Source: a virus. From it: a stretch of DNA of 34,891 nucleotides. Location: positions 1-34,891 of the IMG/VR virus record IMGVR_UViG_3300045988_059671; one strand, written 5' to 3'. Both the position numbers and the translations under genes were made by a program. The notes under the pieces are model-generated. The model saw only the letters and a list, made by a program, of their open reading frames with translations. It had not been told where the DNA came from and searched no databases. Positions 1-8,988 of the stretch are shown here, one piece after another (within the stretch, counting starts at the first letter, position 1; every line of letters starts with the position of its first letter).

Positions 1-1161
1 ATGGCGGAATATTACAGCGCCAACCTTTCCGAAAATGTCAAACGTGGTAACAGGGAAAGCGCATTGCAACTGAAGACAATAGGTAAAAAGGTTTTTGGGT
101 ATGGTAGAGATGCGGACGATCATTATGTCATAGACGAAAATGAAGCACCTATTATAAGGCGCATTTTTAGCGAATACACAAGCGGTAAGACTATAAATGA
201 TATAATTACCGACTTAAACCGTGACGGTATCTTAAACGCGCGGAAATCGCAATGGAATAAGAGTTCTCTGAATACTATCATCAGCAATGAGAAATACATA
301 GGAACATACAAATATGCTGATTACATTGTGCCTAACGGAATGCCAGCTATTATATCCAAAGAAATGTTTGATGTTGCGCAAGAAATAAAAAACAGGCACA
401 AGAAAGCGCCAGCACGATCACGTGATGCAAAGTACCTTTTGACTGGTAAGTTATTCTGTGGACATTGCGGAAGCGCCATGACTGGTGAATACGCCACTAG
501 CAGAACAGGCAACCGTTACTATTACTATACTTGCGTGAAGTTCAAAAAGCGCAAGTGCGATAAGAAGAGAGTCAAGAAAGACTGGATTGAAGAAGTTGTT
601 ATTACTGAATTGATAAATCAGTTGAACGATATGGACTACATAAACAAGTTGGCTGATAGTTTTATGGAATATCAGAAAAAGCAGCTAGAAGATAACAGCG
701 ATGAAAAAATGATAGAGTCCAAGATCAAGGACGTGTCCAAGTCTATCAACAATGTAATGAAAGCCATTGAAGCTGGAATTATCACGGAAACAACTAAAGC
801 ACGCCTTGAAGAGTTAGAACAGAATAAGGCACAATTACAAATCACGTTGCATAAAGTACAGGCAACCAAGCCACCGTACATTGAGCGTGACATGTTCTTA
901 TTTTGGATTGATAGCCTAAAGACAGATACAGGAAATTATGACTATAAAGAAAAACTTATAGATACATTCCTGAACGCCGTGTATTTATATGACGATGGAT
1001 ATATTGACATCGGCACAAATCTAATCAAGGGGACTAAACGTATCACTGGTTCGACTTTGGAAGCATTAAGCGCACTAAACAAATTAAACTCTAACCAGTA
1101 TGTGATACACAAGAACGTATGTATTAGAAGAGTTTACATTAAGAAAACCCACTTTATATAG
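1..1161 (+). CDS. int: Large serine recombinase (integrase), C-terminal 386 codons; the ORF is open from nt 1 and continues the ORF that starts at 34459
   Basis: Translation contains a recombinase-domain region and a Cys-rich zinc-ribbon-like segment (CGHCGS...YYYTCVKFKKRKCDKK) plus a coiled-coil tail, typical of large serine recombinases. Frame is continuous with 34459..34891 via the 55-nt identity. Confidence 0.85.
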   Translation: MAEYYSANLSENVKRGNRESALQLKTIGKKVFGYGRDADDHYVIDENEAPIIRRIFSEYTSGKTINDIITDLNRDGILNARKSQWNKSSLNTIISNEKYIGTYKYADYIVPNGMPAIISKEMFDVAQEIKNRHKKAPARSRDAKYLLTGKLFCGHCGSAMTGEYATSRTGNRYYYYTCVKFKKRKCDKKRVKKDWIEEVVITELINQLNDMDYINKLADSFMEYQKKQLEDNSDEKMIESKIKDVSKSINNVMKAIEAGIITETTKARLEELEQNKAQLQITLHKVQATKPPYIERDMFLFWIDSLKTDTGNYDYKEKLIDTFLNAVYLYDDGYIDIGTNLIKGTKRITGSTLEALSALNKLNSNQYVIHKNVCIRRVYIKKTHFI

Positions 1162-1172
1162 TGGGCTTTTTT
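1144..1172. terminator. Bidirectional rho-independent terminator shared by convergent int (+) and moron gene (-)
   Basis: aaaaCCCACtttatataGTGGGcTTTTTT hairpin overlapping the int stop (tag 1159..1161). The A-run on the 5' side gives a T-run for the minus transcript ending at 1171. Confidence 0.6.
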
Positions 1173-1770
1173 ATTTATCCGTTCTAGCGCAAATCAACTT
1201 CTGTAATATGTTCATTGTCATATTTTCTATCTTGGATTTGCCTGTGCGGTAGTTGTCAATGATTGCTGTTGATACACCCGTTTCCTTTGCGATTTGGTAA
1301 GTTGTCTTGTCGCTGTTAAGAATGCGCTTGACTTCTTCTTCCATGACTTCAGCAATGATACGCTTGTCACTCTTTAGCATTTCCTTTAACTTCTTGATGC
1401 TTGTATATTCTTGGGATAGCTGGATAAGGCAACCAAACTGTCCCGATTGATAAACTCTAATGAATGGGGCTGTGAAGTAAGTACAATAGCCCTCATCGTC
1501 ATAGATCTTGAGCCAGTTCTTAAATTCAGCCGTCAATGTGTAATGCTCAGGAACGTCAGTATCGCCGTCAATCAACCATGCGCTATATTCGCCGTCTTCG
1601 CCGAAATTTAACTCTTTCATATCTAAGTGGGAAGTAGTGGCTGGTCTATCTTCCGTTGTCATGCCTACCATGATCAATGTTGCAATGTCGCTTCCGCCTA
1701 ATGATACGCAAATATCTTTATAAGAACGTCTATTTTCAAGTATTGCTTCTTTTAATGTGTACTTTTCCAT
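1171..1770 (-). CDS. Hypothetical protein with C-terminal XRE-type helix-turn-helix (moron cassette gene 2)
   Basis: 199 aa. The C-terminal TTYQIAKETGVSTAIIDNYRTGKSKIENMTMNILQKL resembles HTH_XRE. The N-terminal ~130 aa is unrecognised. RBS GGAGGGTAAC before ATG. Confidence 0.5.
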   Translation of the reverse strand: MEKYTLKEAILENRRSYKDICVSLGGSDIATLIMVGMTTEDRPATTSHLDMKELNFGEDGEYSAWLIDGDTDVPEHYTLTAEFKNWLKIYDDEGYCTYFTAPFIRVYQSGQFGCLIQLSQEYTSIKKLKEMLKSDKRIIAEVMEEEVKRILNSDKTTYQIAKETGVSTAIIDNYRTGKSKIENMTMNILQKLICARTDK

Positions 1771-1779
1771 GTTACCCTC

Positions 1780-2157
1780 CTATAAAATCTGTAATTCGTA
1801 CTTGTAAGTGTCAGAATATCCACTTGTGAGTAGTGCTGTTTCTTCTAGTGTGGCTGTACCTTTGTAATGTTCCAACCATTCTTCACCGCGCTTGATCGTG
1901 TCTTCAATTCTGATGCTATCGTTAGCATGATTTACTAAGATAACCTCTAATGTGTCTTCAATTTCTTCTAATTGTTCAAAGAATTCATTCACGTCTTTTT
2001 CGGTTAGATCGTCAGTGTAAATTCCACCGTCAATCGTATATGTGTATTCGTTGTCTGTTTCTTCTTCATAGATTGTAAAGTCTGAATTAGAGTAGTTTTT
2101 GAATGCCTTGTCTGTAAGTGTTAGTGCTGTTCTTTCTTTTCCGTATTGCTTTGTCAT
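1780..2157 (-). CDS. Hypothetical acidic protein (moron cassette gene 1)
   Basis: 125 aa, D/E-rich. GAGGT RBS 9 nt upstream of ATG. Immediately downstream of a consensus sigma-A-like promoter. Confidence 0.5.
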   Translation of the reverse strand: MTKQYGKERTALTLTDKAFKNYSNSDFTIYEEETDNEYTYTIDGGIYTDDLTEKDVNEFFEQLEEIEDTLEVILVNHANDSIRIEDTIKRGEEWLEHYKGTATLEETALLTSGYSDTYKYELQIL

Positions 2158-2197
2158 GTTTTTTTACCTCAATCCCTTTTGGGCTTTCCTTGACTAT

Positions 2198-2226
2198 AAT
2201 ATACAAGTTATTTTATATACTGTCAA
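2198..2226 (-). promoter_or_regulatory. Near-consensus sigma-A promoter for the moron cassette: -35 TTGACA, 17-nt spacer, -10 TATATT
   Basis: Minus-strand reading ttctaTTGACAgtatataaaataacttgTATATTatag (complement of 2198..2226), ~40 nt upstream of ATG at 2157. Confidence 0.55.
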
Positions 2227-2261
2227 TAGAAATATATAATTTATTTTATATAAATGTGCAT

Positions 2262-2289
2262 AAAAAAAGAACCCACCATTTAAGGTGGG
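2262..2289 (-). terminator. Rho-independent terminator closing the late/lysis operon
   Basis: Minus-strand CCCACCttaaatGGTGGG followed by ttcttttttt, directly after the holin stop (2296). Confidence 0.7.
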
Positions 2290-2295
2290 CATTGT

Positions 2296-2517
2296 TTACT
2301 TCAAGTCTTCTTCCTGTGCTTCTTTGTATTGCTTGCTGGAGATGTGTAAGATAGCGCCAAGGAATGTATCAACGGCAATGATCGTGCCGCTAACTTCCTG
2401 TGGATAAGGCAATTTCCAAATTCCGGCAAGTGTCAAATACAATGTAGCAATAGCTGGTAATACGATTAAAGCAATCTCTTTGAGTGTGTCATAGACTTTG
2501 TTGTTTGTAATAAGCAT
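2296..2517 (-). CDS. Small two-TM holin
   Basis: 73 aa with two hydrophobic segments (IALIVLPAIATLYLTLAGIW, GTIIAVDTFLGAILHI) and a charged C-terminus (KEAQEEDLK). Last gene of the lysis cassette. Confidence 0.65.
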   Translation of the reverse strand: MLITNNKVYDTLKEIALIVLPAIATLYLTLAGIWKLPYPQEVSGTIIAVDTFLGAILHISSKQYKEAQEEDLK

Positions 2518-2531
2518 TTTCTTTTTTCCTC

Positions 2532-2981
2532 CTATTTTAGAAAAGTGTCGTGTTTCAAATGATTTTGATAAGTGTCTTTAATGAGTTTTGTTGCTTCAGT
2601 AATTACACCATTTTTAAGGTGATGTTCTTCCACATACTGCTCGTATGCATCACATTTGCATACGATAAATCTAAACTGTTCTTTACTATGTACAATTCCC
2701 CTTTGACATTCATTAGCGAAAACAAGAATGGTATTGCGTATGTCATCTACTCTATGTGCGTTATCTGATGCAATATGATCATCTAGTTTTTTATCTAGTG
2801 CATCTATCTTTTGATTGACATTGTGATTGAGGCAACCACCTGCCCATTTAAGTAATTTATCCCAAGGGTTTATCTTAATCGGTACAATCTGAATAAATAC
2901 AGAAACAACAAATGCGATTGTGATAAAAGCACTTACTAAATCTTTTATTTCAATCAATGCGAATAAGTCTTTCAATAACAT
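2532..2981 (-). CDS. Membrane-anchored protein in lysis cassette (single N-terminal TM; function unknown)
   Basis: 149 aa. N-terminal segment LVSAFITIAFVVSVFIQIV followed by a soluble domain. Sits between endolysin and holin. Confidence 0.4.
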   Translation of the reverse strand: MLLKDLFALIEIKDLVSAFITIAFVVSVFIQIVPIKINPWDKLLKWAGGCLNHNVNQKIDALDKKLDDHIASDNAHRVDDIRNTILVFANECQRGIVHSKEQFRFIVCKCDAYEQYVEEHHLKNGVITEATKLIKDTYQNHLKHDTFLK

Positions 2982-2988
2982 GGTTCAC

Positions 2989-3900
2989 CTATTGTTCTCT
3001 AATTGTTCCGTCTGGATTAGCATATACTGTCAAATTAACAGAATCATTTTGCACCAGTATGCCATTTTCGTTGAATAAATAAGTACTTGTCACACCCACC
3101 CAACTAAGAGTTTGAAGTCCTTTTAGCATTACACCATTTGTGTTGAAGTAGTACCAATGATTGTCTAAATACTGCCAACCCGTTACCATTTGGCAAGAAT
3201 TATTAAAGAAGAACTTTTCTTTCTTTCCGTTGTATTCGATTTCTTGCCAACCTGTTACAGCATATCCATTCTCATTGAAATAGTACCAATCCCAATATAC
3301 TCGAAGCCATTCTGACTTTGGATAAGTCCCGTCGGCATTTTGAAACCACCAACCTTTAGCATCTTCATGCCAGCCGACAGTGGATAGAGTAGGCGCAATA
3401 CCAAAGCAAGCTAAGACACCACGTGCGATTGTGTCGATATTTGCGTTAAAAATAGCCAAATCTTCTTCCGATGTAATAAAGCCACATTCTAACAATCTAT
3501 AACCATATCCCTTTACGTATGCACGATATGGATTTGCTAAATCATTGCGATATTGTAATGGATTTGCTCTGCCGGCTAAAATATTTGAAATGAACGCCGC
3601 TAAAGCATAATCGTAACTATCCGCTTCAACGCCACTATACACGATCACATGTCCACCACGCGCCGTGCTTCCTGCACCGTCCATGTGTAGTTCGATAATT
3701 TGCGTGTCTAATGGTAAATCTAAATAACTAATTCCATTATCTGCATAGTAGTCGCGTGACATGTCCCCTAAGATAACATTGTCACCGCCTAGTTCTTTGA
3801 TGCGTTGTCCTAAAACGCGGACTCTTTCTGCTTCCGTGTAGCCATAGGCAATAGCGCCACTATCCCCAGCACCATGCCCACAAATAACAAGTAATTTCAT
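2989..3900 (-). CDS. Endolysin: N-acetylmuramoyl-L-alanine amidase with C-terminal choline-binding-type (CW_binding_1-like) repeats
   Basis: N-terminus MKLLVICGHGAGDSGA...GDNVILGDMSRDYYADNG fits the Amidase_3 fold. C-terminus has repeated GW(Q/H)..YYFN.NG motifs (YYFNENGYAVTGWQ, HWYYFNTNGVMLKGLQ, TYLFNENG). RBS GAGGAAA. Confidence 0.8.
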   Translation of the reverse strand: MKLLVICGHGAGDSGAIAYGYTEAERVRVLGQRIKELGGDNVILGDMSRDYYADNGISYLDLPLDTQIIELHMDGAGSTARGGHVIVYSGVEADSYDYALAAFISNILAGRANPLQYRNDLANPYRAYVKGYGYRLLECGFITSEEDLAIFNANIDTIARGVLACFGIAPTLSTVGWHEDAKGWWFQNADGTYPKSEWLRVYWDWYYFNENGYAVTGWQEIEYNGKKEKFFFNNSCQMVTGWQYLDNHWYYFNTNGVMLKGLQTLSWVGVTSTYLFNENGILVQNDSVNLTVYANPDGTIREQ

Positions 3901-3924
3901 TTTTCTTTTTCCTCTTTTCTATCT

Positions 3925-3950
3925 AAAAAAGCGACCTTTTAAGTCGCTTT
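3925..3950 (-). terminator. Rho-independent terminator between tail genes and endolysin
   Basis: Minus-strand aaaGCGACttaaaagGTCGCtttttt between the stop of 3962..4654 and the endolysin RBS. Confidence 0.55.
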
Positions 3951-3961
3951 AATAGCAATAT

Positions 3962-4654
3962 TTATTTCTCTTTGTAATAGTCCCAAGCATTGCCAAACGC
4001 AGGCTCGTTGCCCTTGTTATTGTTTATGTTGGATATAAACACAATTCCGCGCGCGATAACTAAGTCACCTTTATTGTAGGTTCTCTTTTCGTCCCATGGC
4101 TTGATTTCAACTTTTGGCTTATCCTGACTGTTTTCACTTGCTTTTAACAGTTTGTAATGCTTGTCATCTTTATCAGGTGTGCTATTTTCACTTGATATTA
4201 CATTTTCGACAACCTCGTATGGATTGTCCTTGTACTTAAATCGTTCTCCCTTTTTATAAGGAAACTTCCTTGCTTGCCAATCCTCTAAAAACTTCGCCCA
4301 CTTGATTACATCTTTGATTTCTGCGCTCTGTAACCCTAACGAAATGAAATGTGCGACCGCTTCTGTTTCTGCTCTTTGATTGACTAAATCAATTTCTGCT
4401 TGGGAAACTTCATCAAAAAATACTCTGATTGTATATTTATTATTTAGGCAATCAACGCTAAAACTATTAAGTCTTAAATTTCCTAGCTGTGATAAGGCTT
4501 GATCGTTATTAACTTTTGCACCCGATATATTATCTTGTTGCATATCATCAACAATCATTTTAATATCTTCCAATCGACATGATTTGCTAAATTGATTTTT
4601 ACCTATTGTATCTACTGTATATTTATGTCCGTTATTTAATATTATTTGTGCCAT
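3962..4654 (-). CDS. Hypothetical tail-associated protein
   Basis: 230 aa ORF immediately after the tail fiber gene. No motif recognised. Confidence 0.4.
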   Translation of the reverse strand: MAQIILNNGHKYTVDTIGKNQFSKSCRLEDIKMIVDDMQQDNISGAKVNNDQALSQLGNLRLNSFSVDCLNNKYTIRVFFDEVSQAEIDLVNQRAETEAVAHFISLGLQSAEIKDVIKWAKFLEDWQARKFPYKKGERFKYKDNPYEVVENVISSENSTPDKDDKHYKLLKASENSQDKPKVEIKPWDEKRTYNKGDLVIARGIVFISNINNNKGNEPAFGNAWDYYKEK

Positions 4655-4657
4655 TTT

Positions 4658-6382
4658 TTATTCTGCCTTTCTAACATATAAAACATCAACTATTGTTTCA
4701 CCGGCCGGCAAAGTCCAACCCCACCAAGTGTTGCCTACATATACAGTAACATTCGACTTTGTTGTTTCTTTAATATCGCAAGTAACATGATCAGTAAATG
4801 CTCTTAATACACACACGATTTCATACCCTTTTGGAGTCGAAATATTAACATCAATTAACTTTGACTCTTGTGCATTTATTGCAGGGTGATTTGCACTAAA
4901 TTGTTTAACAATAAAAGTATCATTTCCACCAATAGCCAAGCCACCTTTTGCGTATGTCCTACCAAGTGTTGATAAATCGCCCTCATTGTATATGCCGCAT
5001 GGATTGTTACCATTTTTTCTAACCCATAGCATGTGCACGCTAGTTGTTAGTTTAGCCAAAATCATCGCCCACAAATTACCAGCTAGTACATACGATTTTT
5101 CGGTTGTCTGTCCGTAACTATCCGTGACCTTTAATCTCAGATTGTAATTTTTATCGTATGAATAGCCGTTGATGCGTTGCTTTACGGTGAATTCATTGCC
5201 TGATAGCACGCCAGTTGAATTTACGCTATGACCGCTTTCATCATTTACTGTGATTGTAAGTGCATTATTTTCGCCATTATAGAATGTTCCCTTTGCATTC
5301 GCATAACCGTCATTGACTGTTGGATTGTCACGTTCGGCGGTAAATTCTGTAATTGTTGGGAAGAAATATGGAACATACGTTCCTTGCCATTTTTGCGTTG
5401 TTTTAAAGCCGCGGCTATCTTCAATGACAAATTCTATGTCCCCGTTATTCATACCGTCTAAATCAACGCTATACACGCCGTCAGCAAGTGTTAAAGGGAA
5501 TTGCTGCTTGTTATGTAACGCATACACGTTTTTAACCGTTGCATATCCCCTTACATCTGCTCGCATGGATAACTTTTTCTTAGATAAATAGCGGAATACT
5601 TTATTTTCATGTACTTTGCTGTTTCCTATTTCTTTGACCGTTGCGCTATTGATAACTGGCGCATACTTTTCAGCTGGTAAATCAATATAAAAGTCAATGG
5701 TTGATGTGCCAATCATCGTTGCATTCTGTGTTCCGTCTGCGTACGTTCTTATGCTTAAATAACCATATACAGATTTTGTATCAATCGCATACTTAATCAT
5801 TTCTTCAGTCGGCTTGAATACATACTCTGTATCAATATCATTAGTGTTTAGCCATTTCGCACCACTGTTGCCAACTACCCACACAAGTGAATGTCTGTAC
5901 TTACTCACTTTTTTATCTAATAGCAACGTGATCGTGTCGCTCCCATCTAGTTTGACATGGTTTTTATTGTCTTTCCATGTACCACTACTTGCACGGGGAA
6001 TGTTAGGAAGTGTAATGACTTCTGCCAAATAAGAATTTGCTGCTGAAAAGTAGAAATCTAAAGTAGCACTAACACCAGCACTATAATCTCCGTTGTTATC
6101 GTGGTAAGCCCAAAAGCCACCACTTAACAGTGTTCCACTACCTCTTAATGTTCCACCACCAGTTATGGTTTCACAACCTGTTCCAGAAAAAGTCCATGAT
6201 CCTGAATAGATATAACCACTATTCATTGTATAAGTAGTTTCTAAATCTACCCAATCTCGATTTAACTCGATACTGTGATACTGTGCATTTACTCTAGCCC
6301 ATAATTGATAAGTGACATTTGCTTGCCCGACTTGTTGTGTTACTTCTTTTATAACTTGCCATGCGTTACTTAGTAGTACCAT
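4658..6382 (-). CDS. Tail fiber / receptor-binding protein
   Basis: 574 aa, Gly/Ser/Thr/Asn-rich beta-type composition. Follows the Tal-like gene and overlaps its stop by 17 nt. Confidence 0.5.
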   Translation of the reverse strand: MVLLSNAWQVIKEVTQQVGQANVTYQLWARVNAQYHSIELNRDWVDLETTYTMNSGYIYSGSWTFSGTGCETITGGGTLRGSGTLLSGGFWAYHDNNGDYSAGVSATLDFYFSAANSYLAEVITLPNIPRASSGTWKDNKNHVKLDGSDTITLLLDKKVSKYRHSLVWVVGNSGAKWLNTNDIDTEYVFKPTEEMIKYAIDTKSVYGYLSIRTYADGTQNATMIGTSTIDFYIDLPAEKYAPVINSATVKEIGNSKVHENKVFRYLSKKKLSMRADVRGYATVKNVYALHNKQQFPLTLADGVYSVDLDGMNNGDIEFVIEDSRGFKTTQKWQGTYVPYFFPTITEFTAERDNPTVNDGYANAKGTFYNGENNALTITVNDESGHSVNSTGVLSGNEFTVKQRINGYSYDKNYNLRLKVTDSYGQTTEKSYVLAGNLWAMILAKLTTSVHMLWVRKNGNNPCGIYNEGDLSTLGRTYAKGGLAIGGNDTFIVKQFSANHPAINAQESKLIDVNISTPKGYEIVCVLRAFTDHVTCDIKETTKSNVTVYVGNTWWGWTLPAGETIVDVLYVRKAE

Positions 6383-8600
6383 TGCTTATATCTCCAATCC
6401 AGTTGATAACACTTGCTTTAACTGTGGCTGTCTTGATCGTGCCATTGACAAACTGTGTTATCTCACTTTCCACGTTTTGTGCTTCAATTCTATGTGCGCC
6501 GGCACTTAGATATTCAAGAACCCGCAAATACGCAAGCATACTGTCCACTTTGTCAAACTTTGCTAACAGTGTACCGTCTGACTTTTTAACATTTACACCG
6601 TTTGTATCAACGGTTGTCACGGTGTCCTCTTTATCTGAACCAATATGCAAGCCGTTTTCGTCCAACTTTTCAGAAATAGTGCTAACTGTTTTATCAAATT
6701 CTGTGCGCTGTACGGTACGGCTGAAGCCGTCCGCCGTTTGTTTCTGCAACGTCTGAATTTCTGTCTTTGCACTTTCAATCCCGTTTCTATTTTCTGCTGT
6801 CTGATTGACTAAGTGTGTAATGCTTCCGTTAAGTTGCTCAATGGTTGATTTGTTGGTGATAGATACTTCCACCAATCCATTTAACACATCATCACGGATA
6901 GCATCAGAATAGCCCACGCTTTCGTCCGTGAATGTAGCCTTGTATCGTTGCCATATCCAAGTATCAGCCGTTTTCTGTGGCTGTGTATCTTGCCATGTTC
7001 CGCCTGTTGCTTCCGACTTTGAAGTCGAGAGATAGTATTCAGGCTTTACCGACTTGATGCCCTTGCCAGCTTTGCCAGCGATTGACGGTGTATAAACTTC
7101 ACTTGTTGTGTTGTCGCTATACTTCCATGTTGTCTTAGTCCATAGGGTGTACCCCTCATTGACTAAAGGAATATCACTAGACCATGTGCCAGTAGGGATA
7201 ACCGTTGCGCTTGTTCCAGCTTGATATGTCAATGTCGGACTTCCAACAATGCCACGCCCACTTTCGCCCTTGATACCCGTTAGCTCAAATGGTTCGTGTC
7301 TAATTTCACTACCATTTGCTGTGATGTCCACCAGCATATACCACATGTGCTGTCCGCCAATACTAGCTGGTTGTGTTTCAGTCCATGCGCTGTCAGTCTT
7401 GGACGGCTTATTTGCTGATGCCGTTTGTAAGTAATATTGCTTTGTTCCTTTATTAGCGTTTCCAACTTCCGTTGTGATGTTCTCAATCTTGCTCTTAAAG
7501 GTTTCCAAAGTGTTTTCCATTTCGTGAACATTCCACGATAACACTTGGATTTGCTTTGCTGAAGATACTGTCTTCTTTTGCTCTTTCTTACCCTTTGTTT
7601 CTACCGTGTCAGCAATCAAATTTATGTCGCTTAATTCACGGCTGAAAATAGGGAATGTAGCAATAATCCCCTTAAACGTTGCAACCTTTACCCAGTCCCC
7701 AACTTCTAAGTATGGAAGACTCTTATATGATGCTTTACAAGGCTTGTATGCTTGCCATTTATAAGCTGGAAAGAGTTTATCCGATATAGACTTCATCTGC
7801 GCTGTGGATAGCCCAAATAAAAGCGGATTTGCAAGTATTAAGTATGTATTACCGTCAGCCTTACCTGAAGAAACGCCCAAATCCTTTTCGCTTGACTTGA
7901 TTGCTAGTTTCTCGATAGCTGGTGTTACCGTATCGGAAATAGTCGCATCGTTGAATAACCTAGTAAAAGGAATTTCCGTTGGTGTTTTATTAGGGTTGAT
8001 TGCTTTCAACTTGCCTGATCGTGACATACGGAAGAATGTCCCGCTTGCTTCCTGAATATATCCAAGTAACTCGCTTGCCTTTAAGTTCTGAAAGTATGCC
8101 GTTTTAGTAACTTGCATGTCTGAGTTAGTCCATGTGTTAGGTAATTCAGTTAGTACCCCCACACGCTCGCATAACTTAATCAGCAAGTCTTTTAATGTCA
8201 AAGGGAATACAAGTTGCGTATTCCACCAATCAGAAACATCAGCATCAACAAACTTCTTTAAATCATCGTAACATTCAATATCCGTTGTGTAGTCTGTTGA
8301 TAACTTCGCATTCACAATCGTATAAACGCCCAAATCAAGTGCGCCTTGTTTGACTGTAACACGTTTTCCAATTAGTCCAGTCACGTTTCCGTTTTCTTTG
8401 GCAATGGTGACTTTGAGTGTTGATGCTTCAACACTTGTTAAGTCCAGCGTATCTTTTGAACAAAGCGACTCTTTGATTTTAAGCGAACCGCTTGTAAAGT
8501 CTTTATTCGTGTATGTTGTTCCAGCTATATTTAAAACAACATCAGGCGGTAGCAAATCGCCTGTGTATTTCTGCTTCAAATCATTAGGAATATTCAGCAT
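6366..8600 (-). CDS. Tail-associated lysin/baseplate hub protein (Tal-like tail endopeptidase family)
   Basis: 744 aa, positioned after the Dit-like gene. N-terminal region is typical of siphovirus Tal (gp27-like) proteins by position and size. Confidence 0.55.
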   Translation of the reverse strand: MLNIPNDLKQKYTGDLLPPDVVLNIAGTTYTNKDFTSGSLKIKESLCSKDTLDLTSVEASTLKVTIAKENGNVTGLIGKRVTVKQGALDLGVYTIVNAKLSTDYTTDIECYDDLKKFVDADVSDWWNTQLVFPLTLKDLLIKLCERVGVLTELPNTWTNSDMQVTKTAYFQNLKASELLGYIQEASGTFFRMSRSGKLKAINPNKTPTEIPFTRLFNDATISDTVTPAIEKLAIKSSEKDLGVSSGKADGNTYLILANPLLFGLSTAQMKSISDKLFPAYKWQAYKPCKASYKSLPYLEVGDWVKVATFKGIIATFPIFSRELSDINLIADTVETKGKKEQKKTVSSAKQIQVLSWNVHEMENTLETFKSKIENITTEVGNANKGTKQYYLQTASANKPSKTDSAWTETQPASIGGQHMWYMLVDITANGSEIRHEPFELTGIKGESGRGIVGSPTLTYQAGTSATVIPTGTWSSDIPLVNEGYTLWTKTTWKYSDNTTSEVYTPSIAGKAGKGIKSVKPEYYLSTSKSEATGGTWQDTQPQKTADTWIWQRYKATFTDESVGYSDAIRDDVLNGLVEVSITNKSTIEQLNGSITHLVNQTAENRNGIESAKTEIQTLQKQTADGFSRTVQRTEFDKTVSTISEKLDENGLHIGSDKEDTVTTVDTNGVNVKKSDGTLLAKFDKVDSMLAYLRVLEYLSAGAHRIEAQNVESEITQFVNGTIKTATVKASVINWIGDISNGTTK

Positions 8601-8611
8601 TTGCTACCTCC

Positions 8612-8980
8612 TTATACTTCAATAAATGAAAGGGCAACGTCCAAATATGCGACATCGCCCGTGTTTTTATCTGTAACTCGTTTTTTATAGGTGAGATTTG
8701 CCCCAGTATATACCGTTCTAACCTCGCCCGAAATGCTTTCAAATGTGTATGTACCGCCCATGTCCTTGCGGCAAAGGTTCTTCAGTTTATCAAATTCTGC
8801 TTTTGATAACCAATGCCATTTCAATTTTTCTGAAGTAACATCACGGCGTAAAAGTACAAAGTGCAATTTGCCAGCACCATCACGCCAACTTTTACCGTGC
8901 ATATCTTCACCAGTGCAATCAGGATCTATGTCAGGCATTGGCAATAGTACACCATTGATTTTATAGCCTATTTCTGCCAT
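8612..8980 (-). CDS. Short distal-tail (Dit-like) protein
   Basis: 122 aa ORF immediately after the tape measure gene. Assignment by position only. Confidence 0.35.
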   Translation of the reverse strand: MAEIGYKINGVLLPMPDIDPDCTGEDMHGKSWRDGAGKLHFVLLRRDVTSEKLKWHWLSKAEFDKLKNLCRKDMGGTYTFESISGEVRTVYTGANLTYKKRVTDKNTGDVAYLDVALSFIEV

Positions 8981-8988
8981 GTTACCTC

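Noticed and set aside
5228-5591. Cluster of short ORFs on both strands inside the tail fiber gene
   Set aside because: Nested in the 574-aa tail fiber ORF. Cys-rich or hydrophobic junk translations.
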